Part shown: positions 51,810 to 63,107 of the stretch, one piece after another
Layout: each line of letters opens with the position of its first letter
How positions within the stretch are numbered: the first letter of the stretch is position 1
Source of the DNA: Glaucostegus cemiculus
Lineage: Eukaryota
NCBI GenBank assembly: GCA_976551045.1
Contig: CDPCPM010000092.1
Span: 1,054,001-1,118,000 of the forward strand
Direction of reading: 5' to 3'
DNA length: 64,000 nt
The notes under the pieces: model-generated
Database searches by the model: none
What the model saw: only the letters and a program-made list of their open reading frames with translations
What the model was told of the DNA's origin: nothing
Made by a program: the position numbers and the translations under genes

Positions 51810-52030
51810 CTAAATTAAAACTTCTGAAAGTACTCAGTTAGCAGCTGTGGGGAGAGAAGCAGAGTTAACATTTTAGACTGACGACTTTTCATTAGGACTG
51901 GGAACATCTAGAGATTAAACAAGTTTTAAGTGGCAAAGAAAGGATGGAGAGCCAGATTAAGGGTCTGTGATAGGGTGGTTGGGAGGAGAGACTGAGAGAC
52001 ACCAGTGGTGGGGGACCTATTTGACAGAGA
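51810..52030 (-). mobile_element. Penelope-like 3' region and terminal repeat (degenerate)
   Basis: Minus strand CAGTC CTAATGA AAAGTCGTCAGTCT AAAATGTT AACT ctgcttctctccccacag. Confidence 0.6.
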
Positions 52031-52489
52031 GTGTAAAATAAAAAATCTGTCTGTCTGGGGTAAAAGGAACTTAAATTTCTTACTGGTGCAGTCATTTTTC
52101 TCACATTATCGATTTAACCCATTTTACTGATTTCATCAGCCATCAGCCGCTTTCTTACTGGCATGCTGGACTGACTCACACTGACTTAATTTCACCTCTG
52201 ATGTCTGGGACAGGTATAACTAGGAGTAAATGAATGACATCTGAAATTATAATCAGTCAGATTGAGTGGGAAGTATCCCACTCCATTTTGGCTGTTCCTT
52301 GCACTGGATTCTATGAGGGTGAGAGAAAGGAAGGAAAGAAGCCTGGCTGAAACCAGTTTGCTTTACATTAATTGTACCTCTTGCTGAATGACCAGGTGGA
52401 GAACTCCATTTTAAATTACTGAGGTTTTTCCAACTATGTTTAGGTCACATAGTTTTAAATCATTATCGGCAATGACAAATGTATTTCAG

Positions 52490-53812
52490 AGCACTTGTAA
52501 AGAATAATAGGATTGAGGAGAGCTGACATGGATTTATGAAAAGAAAATCATGTGTGACTAATCTCTAGAGCTCTTTTGAGGATGTGACTAGTAGAATAGA
52601 TAAGGGGGAACCAGTGGATCTGGTGTAATTGGATTTTCAGAAGGCATACAATAAGGTCCCACGCAGGAGGTTGCTTAGTGAGGTTAGAGTACACAGAATG
52701 TGGTGGGAGGAAGTGGGGAATTATATGTTGATATGGATTGAGAATTGTTTATTGGATAGGTTGCAAATGAATGAATAAATGGATCCATCTCAAATTAACT
52801 GGATGTGACTGGTGGGGTATGACAGGGATCAGTGATTTGGTCCCAATTTTTCCCAATATATATCAGCAATTTGGTTGAGAGGACCAAATGTCATATTTCC
52901 AAATTTGTTAATGTTACCATTCTAGGTATGGTTGTGAGTATGGAAGAGTTGTAAAGAGATTCAAAGGGATGTGGACAAGCTAAGTAAGTGGGCAAGAATA
53001 TGGCAGATGGAATACAACATGGATGGCACACGTAGTAGAAAAGTGGAGTGTTTCTCAATGGTGAGAAATTGAGTAGTGCTGAAGTAAACAAGTTTCTGAA
53101 TGCCAACGTGCAGACGCAGCAAGCAATTAAGGTGGCAAATATAATGTTAACCTTTATTTCAAGAGGATTTGAATACAGGAAATTAGAAGTCGTATTGTAA
53201 TTGCATAGAACCTTGGTTAAGTTGCACCTGAAATATTGTGTATAGTTTTTCACACAATATTTGGTCTCCTTCCATAAGAAACATTGTACTTGTAACAGAG
53301 GGAGTGCAGTGAAGATTCACTAGACTGGTTCCAGGGATGGAGGGTTTACAGTATGACTTTAGATTAACTGGAGTGGAACTGTATTCTCTTGAGTTTAGAT
53401 GATAGGAGATCTCATTAAACTTTCCAAAATTCTTAATGTACTTGGCAGGTTAGATGCAGGGAGGAGGTTTATACCCTCCCCTCCACCCCTTCCTCTATCC
53501 CTGGCTGAAGAGCCTAAGACCAAAATAAGAGTAGAACAATGAGGAGATAATATTTCATACTGAGGGCAGTGAACCTTTGGAATCTTCTAACTTGGATGGC
53601 TGTTCGATAGAGAATTAAGTTAGTTAAGAATTAAACTTAATTAAGTTTAATTAAGAAGTAAAAACTCAGGTTGGTATATTTCCAGATATTAAGAAATTCA
53701 AGGGTTATGGAGATAGTGTTGGAAAATGGTGCTGTGCCATAATCTTAATGACTGGTGGAACAGTCTTGAAGGGCCAGATGGCCTACTCCTGCCCCTACTT
53801 CTTTTGTGCTTT
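52490..53812 (+). mobile_element. Degenerate CR1 LINE ~1.3 kb
   Basis: catggatttatgaaaag (HGFMK), gattttcagaaggca (DFQKA), LHLKYCV, CR1 tail gggccagatggcctactcctg. Confidence 0.82.
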
Positions 53813-55307
53813 TCTGAATAGTCTCATTTGTTTCAAGACTCCTTTGTCCTCACAAGGAAGCATACACAGCCAGTATATTTTGCAGATCTTCCATTGTCCC
53901 AGAATTGCTGTCTGCCTGCCCCTGTGCCATTCTGTTTGCCCCAGTGTGACCTCTGATGCAGTCCTGACCTAGGAGCTGGGCTCCCAGGATTTCAGCATGT
54001 TCCAGTGCAGTCTAGGGGCTGCCTTGGCACCAGCAATCACTGCACTCGCAAAATCACTTTGACATCTGGTAAGGCTCCACCCTAGAATTACAGGCTGTTA
54101 AAACTGTTCATATGATCTTTTTTTTTCTAAAATATTTTTTGTTTCCTGATCAAGAGTTGAAAAAGTGTACCTTCAACATTCATAAATGTTCAACAACAAT
54201 CAAAACATGTTAAAAAAAAATTACATTAAAAATACTCAACTTTATCTAGTGTCTCCCATTCATCTGAATGGTGACAAGGGGTCAGGAAGTGATTTCCCAA
54301 CCTGAGTGCAGAAGATTATGCTGCACCTTTGGACACTTAGTGGAGCTCGCTACACCAGCACAGGGGCAGCCAGCAGCACAGGGTGCAGCGGGGAAGATAC
54401 CACCACAGATGCCAGTGCTGGAAACTGGGACTTCCATGGTGATATGTAGGTTAATTACAATATTAGTGCTGGCACTGGGGCAAGAAGCCTCTCCCTTTGT
54501 CTTTTCCTTCTATAGACTAGTTCACTGCAATTTCTGCTAACTTTAGTATTAATTCCTAGAAATATATAAGTAAGACTCATGGATGGACAATACACTTTCA
54601 CATTTTCACAACCTTTTCAGAAAATGATGAATAATTTTGAGTGAGTTCTATTATATGTGCTAAACGTGCAGTAAGAATGATCCAATAGTTAGTATCTGTT
54701 TACCATTGTGTAAATTACATTTTGATACAAATCTCAAACAGGAAATGTTTCTTTTAGACAGCTAATCAATTATAAAGCCTTATTTTTCCTTGGGGCAGAA
54801 GACAATGGCTGATAAAAATGCTTGGGAAATGCTTTTTACAACTGTATTTGTTTGGCAAAGACAATTAATGTTCCAAGTATAATTTTTGAAACCTTTAATA
54901 TAGATCATGATTAAGTTAAGTGACTATTTAGGCTCCAAAAGGGTAAATGTGTCATGACAGATTAATGGTAGAGACAAATTGCCATAATGTGGGAGAAACT
55001 TGAGTTGATCTGAGAACCCCAAGCTATCTCTTTAGCCTGTGCTCAAATCAAAAACAACTTGTTGAAGCTGGAACTGCCAATATAAGCTAGTTCTTCTCCC
55101 TATATTTTAGTTTGTTGTTCCAGTGTTGTTTTCAGGTAAAGGATATAAAGTTATTGTTCCACGTAACAACCACTGCCTAGTTTTTGCCTTGTACAGCCAG
55201 TTGAATTTGCTTTCTTTCAGTTCACGAACATACTTTTTTTGTGTATTCAATATATTAGTATTGGTCTGAATTCTAATAAGTTCTTAACATGTTTTTGCCC
55301 ATCGTAG

Positions 55308-55442
55308 ACTATTCATGATCTTGCTCGGCGCCTGCATCTGACATTCCATGTTAATGAAGTAGTGAAATCATACAGCGGTGGCACAAAGAGGAAGCTGTCA
55401 ACAGCGTTGGCATTGATTGGCAGACCTCAAGTTCTTTTACTG
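55308..55442 (+). CDS. ABCA13: ABCA13 exon, NBD2 signature ([24 protein letters not shown])
   Basis: cgtag| and |gtgaga, 135 nt, phase 0-0; not in ORF track. Confidence 0.96.
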
Positions 55443-55654
55443 GTGAGATTACCAATTTAGATCCCATTTATACACCTACCATTGAATACTTTTAGTTTGC
55501 TCTTGGAATTTTTAAATTAACAGATCTAGCATTTTTGGCTTAGGTCTTCTTGCTGAACTAAGGAGTAAATGTATAACTGAGAAAAGTATGTAAACAATGA
55601 GCTAAATTTCCTAGAGATGCAACATGAGATGTAAAGCAATGACATTTGAAGACT

Positions 55655-56065
55655 TTAGTTATGGAGAGAGATTGGATAGGCTGAGCTTGTTTTCCCTAGA
55701 GCGAAGGAGGCTGAGGGTGACCTGATAGATGTATATGAGATTATGAGAGGCATAGGTAGGGTAGATAGTCAGAATATTTTTCCCATGGGAGGGGTAGCGA
55801 AAACAAGAGAACATAGGTTTAAGGTGAGTTGTAAAGGGTATTTGAGGGATAAGTTGTTTACACAGAGGGTGGTGAATATCTGGAACATACTGTCACAGGA
55901 GATGATAGAATACCATAACAGACATTTAAACAGACAATGCATGGAAGGATAACGTCCCAATGAGGACAAATCAGATTAGTGTACGTGGGAATTTTGTGAG
56001 CAAAAAGTCAGCATGAACTTTGTGGGCCAAAGGGCCCAGTTTTATGCTGTGCCACTCCACAACTT
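55655..56065 (+). mobile_element. CR1 3' fragment
   Basis: TREHRFKV, LFTQRVVNIWN, tail gggccaaagggcc. Confidence 0.82.
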
Positions 56066-56150
56066 CAATGTCTTAATTGTCATTATAGGAGCAGGGTATA
56101 TAAGTAGTCTGAGGCTGATCTTTTGACGTGTGTTTTTATTTAATATTTAG

Positions 56151-56254
56151 GATGAGCCAAGCTCAGGAATGGATCCTGAATCCAAGCGTTTTCTCTGGAA
56201 AGCAATCCTAAGTGAAGTGGAGGCTGGGTGTGCAGCCGTCTTGACATCCCACAG
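56151..56254 (+). CDS. ABCA13: ABCA13 exon, Walker B to H-loop (DEPSSGMDP...GCAAVLTSH)
   Basis: tttag| and |gtacgt, 104 nt, phase 0-2. Confidence 0.96.
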
Positions 56255-56707
56255 GTACGTCAACTTGACTTTTGGCATATGACACACATACTGCAACTGT
56301 GAAAACACGATCTGTGTTTGTTTTAGTGTGGTCAGGTTTGCCACACTAAAAAGCCAACTTTCAAATGAATGTCATCTTGCTGAAATTCCATGGGTAAAAA
56401 AATTCTTTGCATATGGGGTTGCACACTTGTTAAAGTAATCGTGTGGGGGGTGTGGCGGTGCGGGGGGCCATGAGACTTTGTTTTGAGCAACTTGCTATCA
56501 AGCACAATAGAAGATTTAACATGTACAATAGATTCGTGACCGCTGAACTTCAGTAGGCGAACCATACGTTTGAGAGAAAAGTTGCAAGAGATGATATTGT
56601 TGCACATGCCCAGTGGCCTTGTATCTGCACCTCCAATGCAGAGGACCAGGATAGAATTTCCTAGACTTCACAGAATGAAATTCGAGCACATACCTGTAAA
56701 GGTATTG

Positions 56708-57408
56708 TGTAACGTACCAGCAACAATAAAAACACAAAGAGCCATGTATAAGTGTTAGAAACTATTTTATTAATAACTACTTGTAATAATAAGAAAAGTA
56801 AAAATGTTAGATATTAAACTTTAACCCCAAAACTAAACTAGAAGTGTGTGTGTGGCAAAATCCCAAACCCCAAGTCTAGGAATTGTTTTCAAAGTTCAGT
56901 TAAGCAAGTCGTAAGGTAGAACGTGAGCAAAGGCTTTTGCAAAACCACCGTTGACTGAAGAGAAAATATAGAAAGAATGTAGAAAATTTACAAAATCCAC
57001 TTGTTCCACGATGGAACTCATATGACACCTAATCTCCGAAGATCTCCACTGCTTTGTTTTGAAGTACCAGCCACCCCAAAGGCATTGGATTCGTGGCTGC
57101 CCACAGAAATACCTGCTTTCCAGTACAGGTTAACAACAAACCACTTGATTGCTCAAAATCATACATGGATTGTAGTGACAGACACATCTGTTGTTACACA
57201 CACAGACACACACACCTACTTCTACTCTACTGTCCAGGTTCCTTTAAAGGGACTTTCACCAAGTAGCACCCTGGCTCATAACAATTGTGTTTCACTATAG
57301 AATATCCAGGCCATTGTTCGATATTCTTCATTCAGGTTGCTGCCCCCGCCACAGTATCAAAGTGGGATTTATTAGAGTCACAAATTCTATCCAAATGTGA
57401 CTGTGACA
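56708..57408 (-). mobile_element. Probable Gypsy-type solo LTR (~700 bp)
   Basis: Minus strand starts TGTCAC and ends CGTTACA; AATAAA on minus about 60 nt before the end; flanks attg/aatg (3 of 4 match). Confidence 0.6.
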
Positions 57409-58593
57409 AATGTAAACTATCCTGTTCACCCATTTTAATCTGATTGACTGCATCTTCCTCTTCCAGTAAAGTCCCACCATTATACTAATGGGTGGGACTA
57501 CACTTCCCTCAAAATGTAATCTCCTCTAGCCTTTTACCCATCCATAATATCTGCTTGCTTCTAATTCTGGCCTCTTAGTCATGCCCTGTTGTAATTATTG
57601 AACTTCCAAGGTCCCGTACTCTTTAGAAACCAGCTGCTTGATCTTAATATCACTCTATGTCTGATACCATGACATTCTGTGAATTTGTTAAAGGCTGCAG
57701 TTATTAGATCAGAAACTCTGTGCCATTACTCTAGTATTCATGCTTTCTCTGAAAACTTCTTAGTTCTTCTCTCAGATGACTGAATTGAATCGTCATTTTG
57801 TAATCGATAATACAGATCCCTAAAGTTTTTGCACAATTAGTACTTGATCAGCCAAAGGATCACTGCCCCCTTGAGGAGTTTTTGAACCAGTTCATTTCGC
57901 CAGATTACCTTAATCATAATCACACTAATTATGTGATGCAATAGTTACGGTTCTATGCATTGCAAACCTTTTCTAGCCTTATTATTTATGCCATAGTTCT
58001 CATATTTAATGATGAAGCAGTAGTTTATTTAGTCAACGATGCAAAAATTGTCATAACAACCTTTTGCTTTCAAGATTATTTTTTCTGTGACAAAGTTGCT
58101 TTTTTTTGTTTGTTGGGTTGTAAAAACTGAGCTATTATTTATAAAATATTAAGTAATTTAAATTAGAATATGTTCACTGTATATTGTTACATAAATTTGT
58201 TTACTTGGCTTTGCCAAACTAAAACCCATTGGATTAATGAACTGTGATAAGTATTTGTGGTGAATTACAATGTACTGATTGCTTTAGTAGTGAACCATCA
58301 CTGATTTGAACTTCCCTTCTAGGCTAATTACTGAGATAATATTGGTCTGCTAAATACTTAAGGGATGTCTCATTTACAGATATATCAAATGTTTAAAACC
58401 ACTGTCTTGTTAGCAGTGGTTTAACACTTGATGTGTACCCATTTGAAAAGTTTCATTATATTCTCTAAAACCTTTGGCTGAAGTTATAATGCATGCTTGT
58501 AGGTGCATACAAAACACTTGGTAAAAACATATTATATTGTGTGCATTGTTTTTTTTCAATCACAATCCTTTTTTTCTCTTTATTCTTCATCAG

Positions 58594-58686
58594 CATGGAG
58601 GAATGTGAGGCCTTATGTACCAGACTTGCCATTATGGTAAATGGGAAATTCAGATGTATTGGCTCTCCCAAGCACATTAAAAACAG
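58594..58686 (+). CDS. ABCA13: ABCA13 exon ([18 protein letters not shown]...HIKN)
   Basis: atcag| and |gtaggt, 93 nt, phase 2-2. Confidence 0.96.
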
Positions 58687-59611
58687 GTAGGTTTGGCATC
58701 CCATAAGAACCACCTTGCTGAACTGCATTCAAGTACAGTATGTTACAGCTACCTTTAAATAAATGTCTAACTGTTGCTGTTTATGCAAGTATAAACTGAA
58801 AAAGATATTCTTAGCAAATTTTAACTAAACTACAATGTGTAGATTACAATATTTACACAGAAGAACGTCATGTAATCCCTCCTGAAGCATGTTTTTCTTC
58901 AGCTATGAATGAACAATATTGCTATTGAATCTTTAGGGCAAATGAAAAACAAAATTTAAATTCAAAGATTTAAATTTTAACCAATTGATCAACAGTAAAT
59001 TAAGATTTAAAAACATATGTTGGTACCCAACCCCAGTTGACTTTGACCACTTTGGCAACAATTAGTCAAATTAATACTGACAAGAAAGCATCCACTTTGA
59101 CTCTGAGAAGGGGTATTTTTTTCTGACAGAGTATGGCTCATTAACAAATGTGAGAAACTTCAGAAGAATTTACCAAGAAACATTGACAAGAATTGCAATT
59201 ATCATTATTGACAAGAGAACATGTATGCCTAGACAATCATCCATGAACATCTGTGGTAGATGACCTTTATAGTCACATAAGAATGTTGTAGTTTGCCTCT
59301 AAAGTTTATTCCATTGAAGGGCAAGGAATGAATTTTGGAGGTAGAGTATACACTGATACGATTATAGAGTGCATTTAGTTCTACCAGCTGGGGACAAATC
59401 TCTAGACAGTGATCATTTCAATGTATAATGCTGCTTCCAATAACATAAGAAAATATATTTTAATATGGAATGTTGCTTTATTTTGTTAGGTTTTTAGAAT
59501 AATTTTTTGGTAATTTAGTTATTAGTTATAAGTAAATATTTGCAGATTACTTCCACTTTATCATAACTCTTCTATGTCATGAGAAAATGAATTATTTTCT
59601 TTATCACTTAG

Positions 59612-59717
59612 GTTTGGTCCGGTTTATTCGGTTAAAGTAGCACTCAGTCAAAAATCAACCAACTCAGTGGAGCTCACAGACCTGCTGATGTCCCATTTCC
59701 CAGGCACTATGTTGAAG
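59612..59717 (+). CDS. ABCA13: ABCA13 exon, R2 (FGPVYSVKV...HFPGTMLK)
   Basis: cttag| and |gtattt, 106 nt, phase 2-0; not in ORF track. Confidence 0.9.
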
Positions 59718-60674
59718 GTATTTTATAAACAATGTCATGTACCACCAGAAAAGGAAATTTGAAGGTTATGTAAAATCAAAGTAAGGATTTAAAGCAGTAA
59801 TATTTTGTAAATATTAAAGTAGTAACATTAATGCAGTAAACTTTTTAAAGTATACTTAATTATAAATTAAGCTACATTGCACAGATTTTGTGAGAAAAAG
59901 TTTGCATTTCACTGGTTAACGTTAGGAAAGCTGGTTGATCACTGAAGGCCTGTATTTCTGGTCACTGATTACAGTAGTTTGCTGAGGCCCAGTGCTAACC
60001 ACTGAGTAGCACATCATGTTATATCCCATCTGAATATTTCCTTTACCTCTATTCTCCATCACCTATTTCCCAACTAATTACTGAGCTATATTAGAAGACA
60101 GTGTCCAGTTCCCTATACTTTATTTTTTGCTTGTAGTCATTTACTTTGAACCTTATCAAATGCCTTTCAGAAATCAAAATATACACCTATAGATGGCCCT
60201 CATCCAAAGCCCTCCTCAAAAGATTTCAACTAGTTTGATCAAGCACGACTATCACAACTACATCTGTTGACATTTAATAGTCTCTGATAGATTCCAGTAA
60301 TACCCCCATATTTGATGTTAAACTGACACTTCTACAATTGTCATTTCTGTCATTCTCCTTTCTTAAATAATTGTGACATTTGAAGTTTTCCTATCTGAAA
60401 GCACAATTCCCAAATCTAGTCAACTTTAGAAAGTTTTAAGACTTTCTACCATTTTAATTCCTTCAGTGAAAATTATCAGTTATTTTTTTTAAACTGTTAT
60501 GAAAAGGGAAAGAAAAAAAAATCAGATTGAACCTTGGATGATTAATAGGAAGGCACAGAACCATTAACCTTTTGTAGAACAGGTCTAGACTTTTAATCTG
60601 CTGCTAACAACAGAAACATTGTAATACAGACCTGCAATCTGTGTAATTCACCTTTACTGCTTCCTTTATCCCAG

Positions 60675-60812
60675 GAAGAACATCAGTATTCTCTGGAATA
60701 TCAGGTGCCAAAGAAAGAAGGGGATTTAGCAAAGATGTTCCAGTTTCTTGAGAATAACAAAGAGCAACTCAATATCAAACACTATTCCATTAGCCAAGCA
60801 ACACTTGACCAG
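60675..60812 (+). CDS. ABCA13: ABCA13 exon, R2 ([12 protein letters not shown]...[10 protein letters not shown])
   Basis: cccag| and |gtacaa, 138 nt, phase 0-0; not in ORF track. Confidence 0.94.
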
Positions 60813-60964
60813 GTACAATACAAATATTTGATATGCAATATTAGCAACTGATTAACTCCAATGAATTCTGTTTCTTCAAAATCTACTAATGCCAATATTG
60901 ATAACACTAACCATTAAGATTCCAGTTGCATGGTGTCAACATAGCAGGAAAACACATGATTGAA

Positions 60965-61110
60965 ATGGCACAGAAAATGTTGGGAACACTCTGCAGGTGA
61001 GGCAGCATCTGTGTAAAGAAATTAAGGTTTAAATTCTCTTTCCACAGATAGTGCCTGGCCTGCTGACTAGCGTTTAAAGATTTTATTTCAGATTTCCAGC
61101 ATCTTCAGTT
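60965..61110. mobile_element. Head-to-head pair of Penelope-like repeat tails
   Basis: aggcagcatctgtgtaaaga ... tctttccacagatagtgcct form inverted arms. Confidence 0.6.
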
Positions 61111-61297
61111 ATCCAAGTTTCATCTTGCTCTCTTTGTCACTTACATTCCTTTGCTATTATTTCATGCTTCCTGCTCTGTTTTTCAATTATACTGATGAAT
61201 GAATCTTCCTTTGATGCCAGGATGTATCCCAGTTCAGTCAGCAATTTGTGCTTGCATTGACAAAATACTGAAAGGAGTGAGGCATCATATAGTATTT

Positions 61298-61410
61298 CTC
61301 AAAGGATCTTCAACCTGAAACATTAACTGTTTCTTTTTCACAGGTGCTGCCTGACTTTGACTATTTCTAGCATTTCTACTTTAGTTTTAGATTTTCAACA
61401 TTTGTAGATT
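61298..61410 (+). mobile_element. Penelope-like terminal repeat (degenerate)
   Basis: aaggatcttcaacct GAAAC ATT AACTG ...cacaggtgctgcctgac. Confidence 0.62.
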
Positions 61411-61493
61411 TAATTATTTGTAGATTTAACAAGGGTTGGTTGAAGTCCAGGGCTATTAATAGCATAAAACCAGGACTTGCAGTGGCCTGAAAA

Positions 61494-63107
61494 GATTGAG
61501 CATGTAGATATTAGAAAAGATGAGGTGCTGAAACTTTGGAAAGCATCAAGTTAGATAAGTCGCCAGGACCGGATGAGCTGTACCCCAGGTTGCTGTGGGA
61601 GGTGAGGGAGGAGATTGCGGAGCTTCTGACGATGATCTTTGCATCGTTGATGGAGACGGGAGAGGTTCCGGAGGATTGTAGGGTTGCGGATATTGTTCCC
61701 TTGTTCAAGAAGGGGAATAGGGATAGCCCAGGGAATTATAGACCTCAGTGGATGGTAAGCTGATGGAGAAGATCCTGAGAGGCAGGATTTATGAACATTT
61801 GGAGAGGTATAATATGACTAGGAATAGTCAGCATGGCTTTGTCAAGGGCAGGTCCTGTCTTACGAGCCTGATTGAATTTTTTGAGTATGTGACTAAGCAC
61901 ATCAATGAAGGGAGAGCAGTAGATGGAGCGTATATGGATTTCAGCAAGGTGTTTGATAAGGTACCCCATGCAAGGCTGATGGAGAAGGTGAGGAGACATG
62001 GGATCCAAGGGGACATTGCGGTGTGGATCCAGAACTGGCTGGCCCACAGAAGGCAAAGGGTGGTTGTTGAAGGGTCATATTCTGAGTGGAGGTCAGTGAC
62101 CAGTGGTGTACCTCAGGGATCTGTACTGGGACCCTTACTCTTTGTGATTTTTATAAATGACCTGGATGAGGAAGTGGAGGGGTGGGTTAGTAAGTTTGCG
62201 GATGACACTGAGGTTGGGGGTGTTGTGGGTAGTTTGGAGGGCTGTCAGAGGTTATAGAGAGACATAGATAGGATGCAGAGTTGGGCTGAGAAGTGGCAGA
62301 TGCAGTTCAACCCAGATAAGTGTGAAGTGGTTCATTTTGGTAGGTCGAATATGTTGGCAGAATATAGTATTCATGGTAGGACTCTTGGCAGTGTGGAGGA
62401 TCAGAGGGATCTTTGGGGTCCGAGTCCATAGGATGCTCAAAGCGGCTGCGCAGGTTGACTCTGTGATTAAGAAGGCGTATGATGTATTGTCCTTCATCAA
62501 TCAGTAGATTGAATTTAGGAGCCAGGAGGTATTGCTGCAGCTATATAGGTCCCTGGTCAGACCCCACTTGGAGTATTGTGCTCAGTTCTGGTTGCCTCTC
62601 CACAGGAAGGATGTGGAAGCCATAGAGAGGGTCCAGAGGAGACTTACAAGGATGTTGCCTGGAATGCAGAACATGCCTTATGAAAGCAGGTTGAGGGAAC
62701 TTAGCCTTTTCTCCTTGGAGAGACAAAGGATGAGGGGGGACCTGATTGAAGTATATAAGATGATGAAAAGTATTGATTGGGTGGATAGTCAAAGGTTTTT
62801 CCCCAGGGCTGAAATGGTGGCCACAAGAGGACATAGGTTTAAGGTGCTGGGGAGTAGATATAGAGGAGATGTCAGGGGAAAGTTTTTTACTCAGAGAATG
62901 GTGAGTGCACGGAATGGGCTGCCGGCAACAGTGGTGGAGGCAGATACGATAGGGTCTTTCAAGAGACTGTTAGATAGGTACATGGATCCGAGTAAAATAG
63001 AGGGCTATGGGTAAGCCCAGAAACTTCTAGGGTAGGGATATGCTCGGCACAGCTTTGTGGGCCAAAGGGCCTGAATTCTGCTGTAGTTTTTCTGTTTTCT
63101 ATGTTTC
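61494..63107 (+). mobile_element. CR1 LINE 3' ~1.6 kb (well-preserved subfamily)
   Basis: [32 protein letters not shown]; same subfamily as 42097-42786; few frameshifts. Confidence 0.95.

Larger units (their letters stand above)
67..60812 (+). other. ABCA13: ABCA13-like ABC transporter gene, 3' portion (29 coding exons; incomplete at both ends)
   Basis: 29 exons with AG/GT boundaries join in consistent phase to 1442 open codons. Two intact NBDs (GPNGAGKT/LSGG/ILDE/THH and [19 protein letters not shown]). ABCA13-type peptides recalled from the human protein: [39 protein letters not shown]. Confidence 0.88.
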
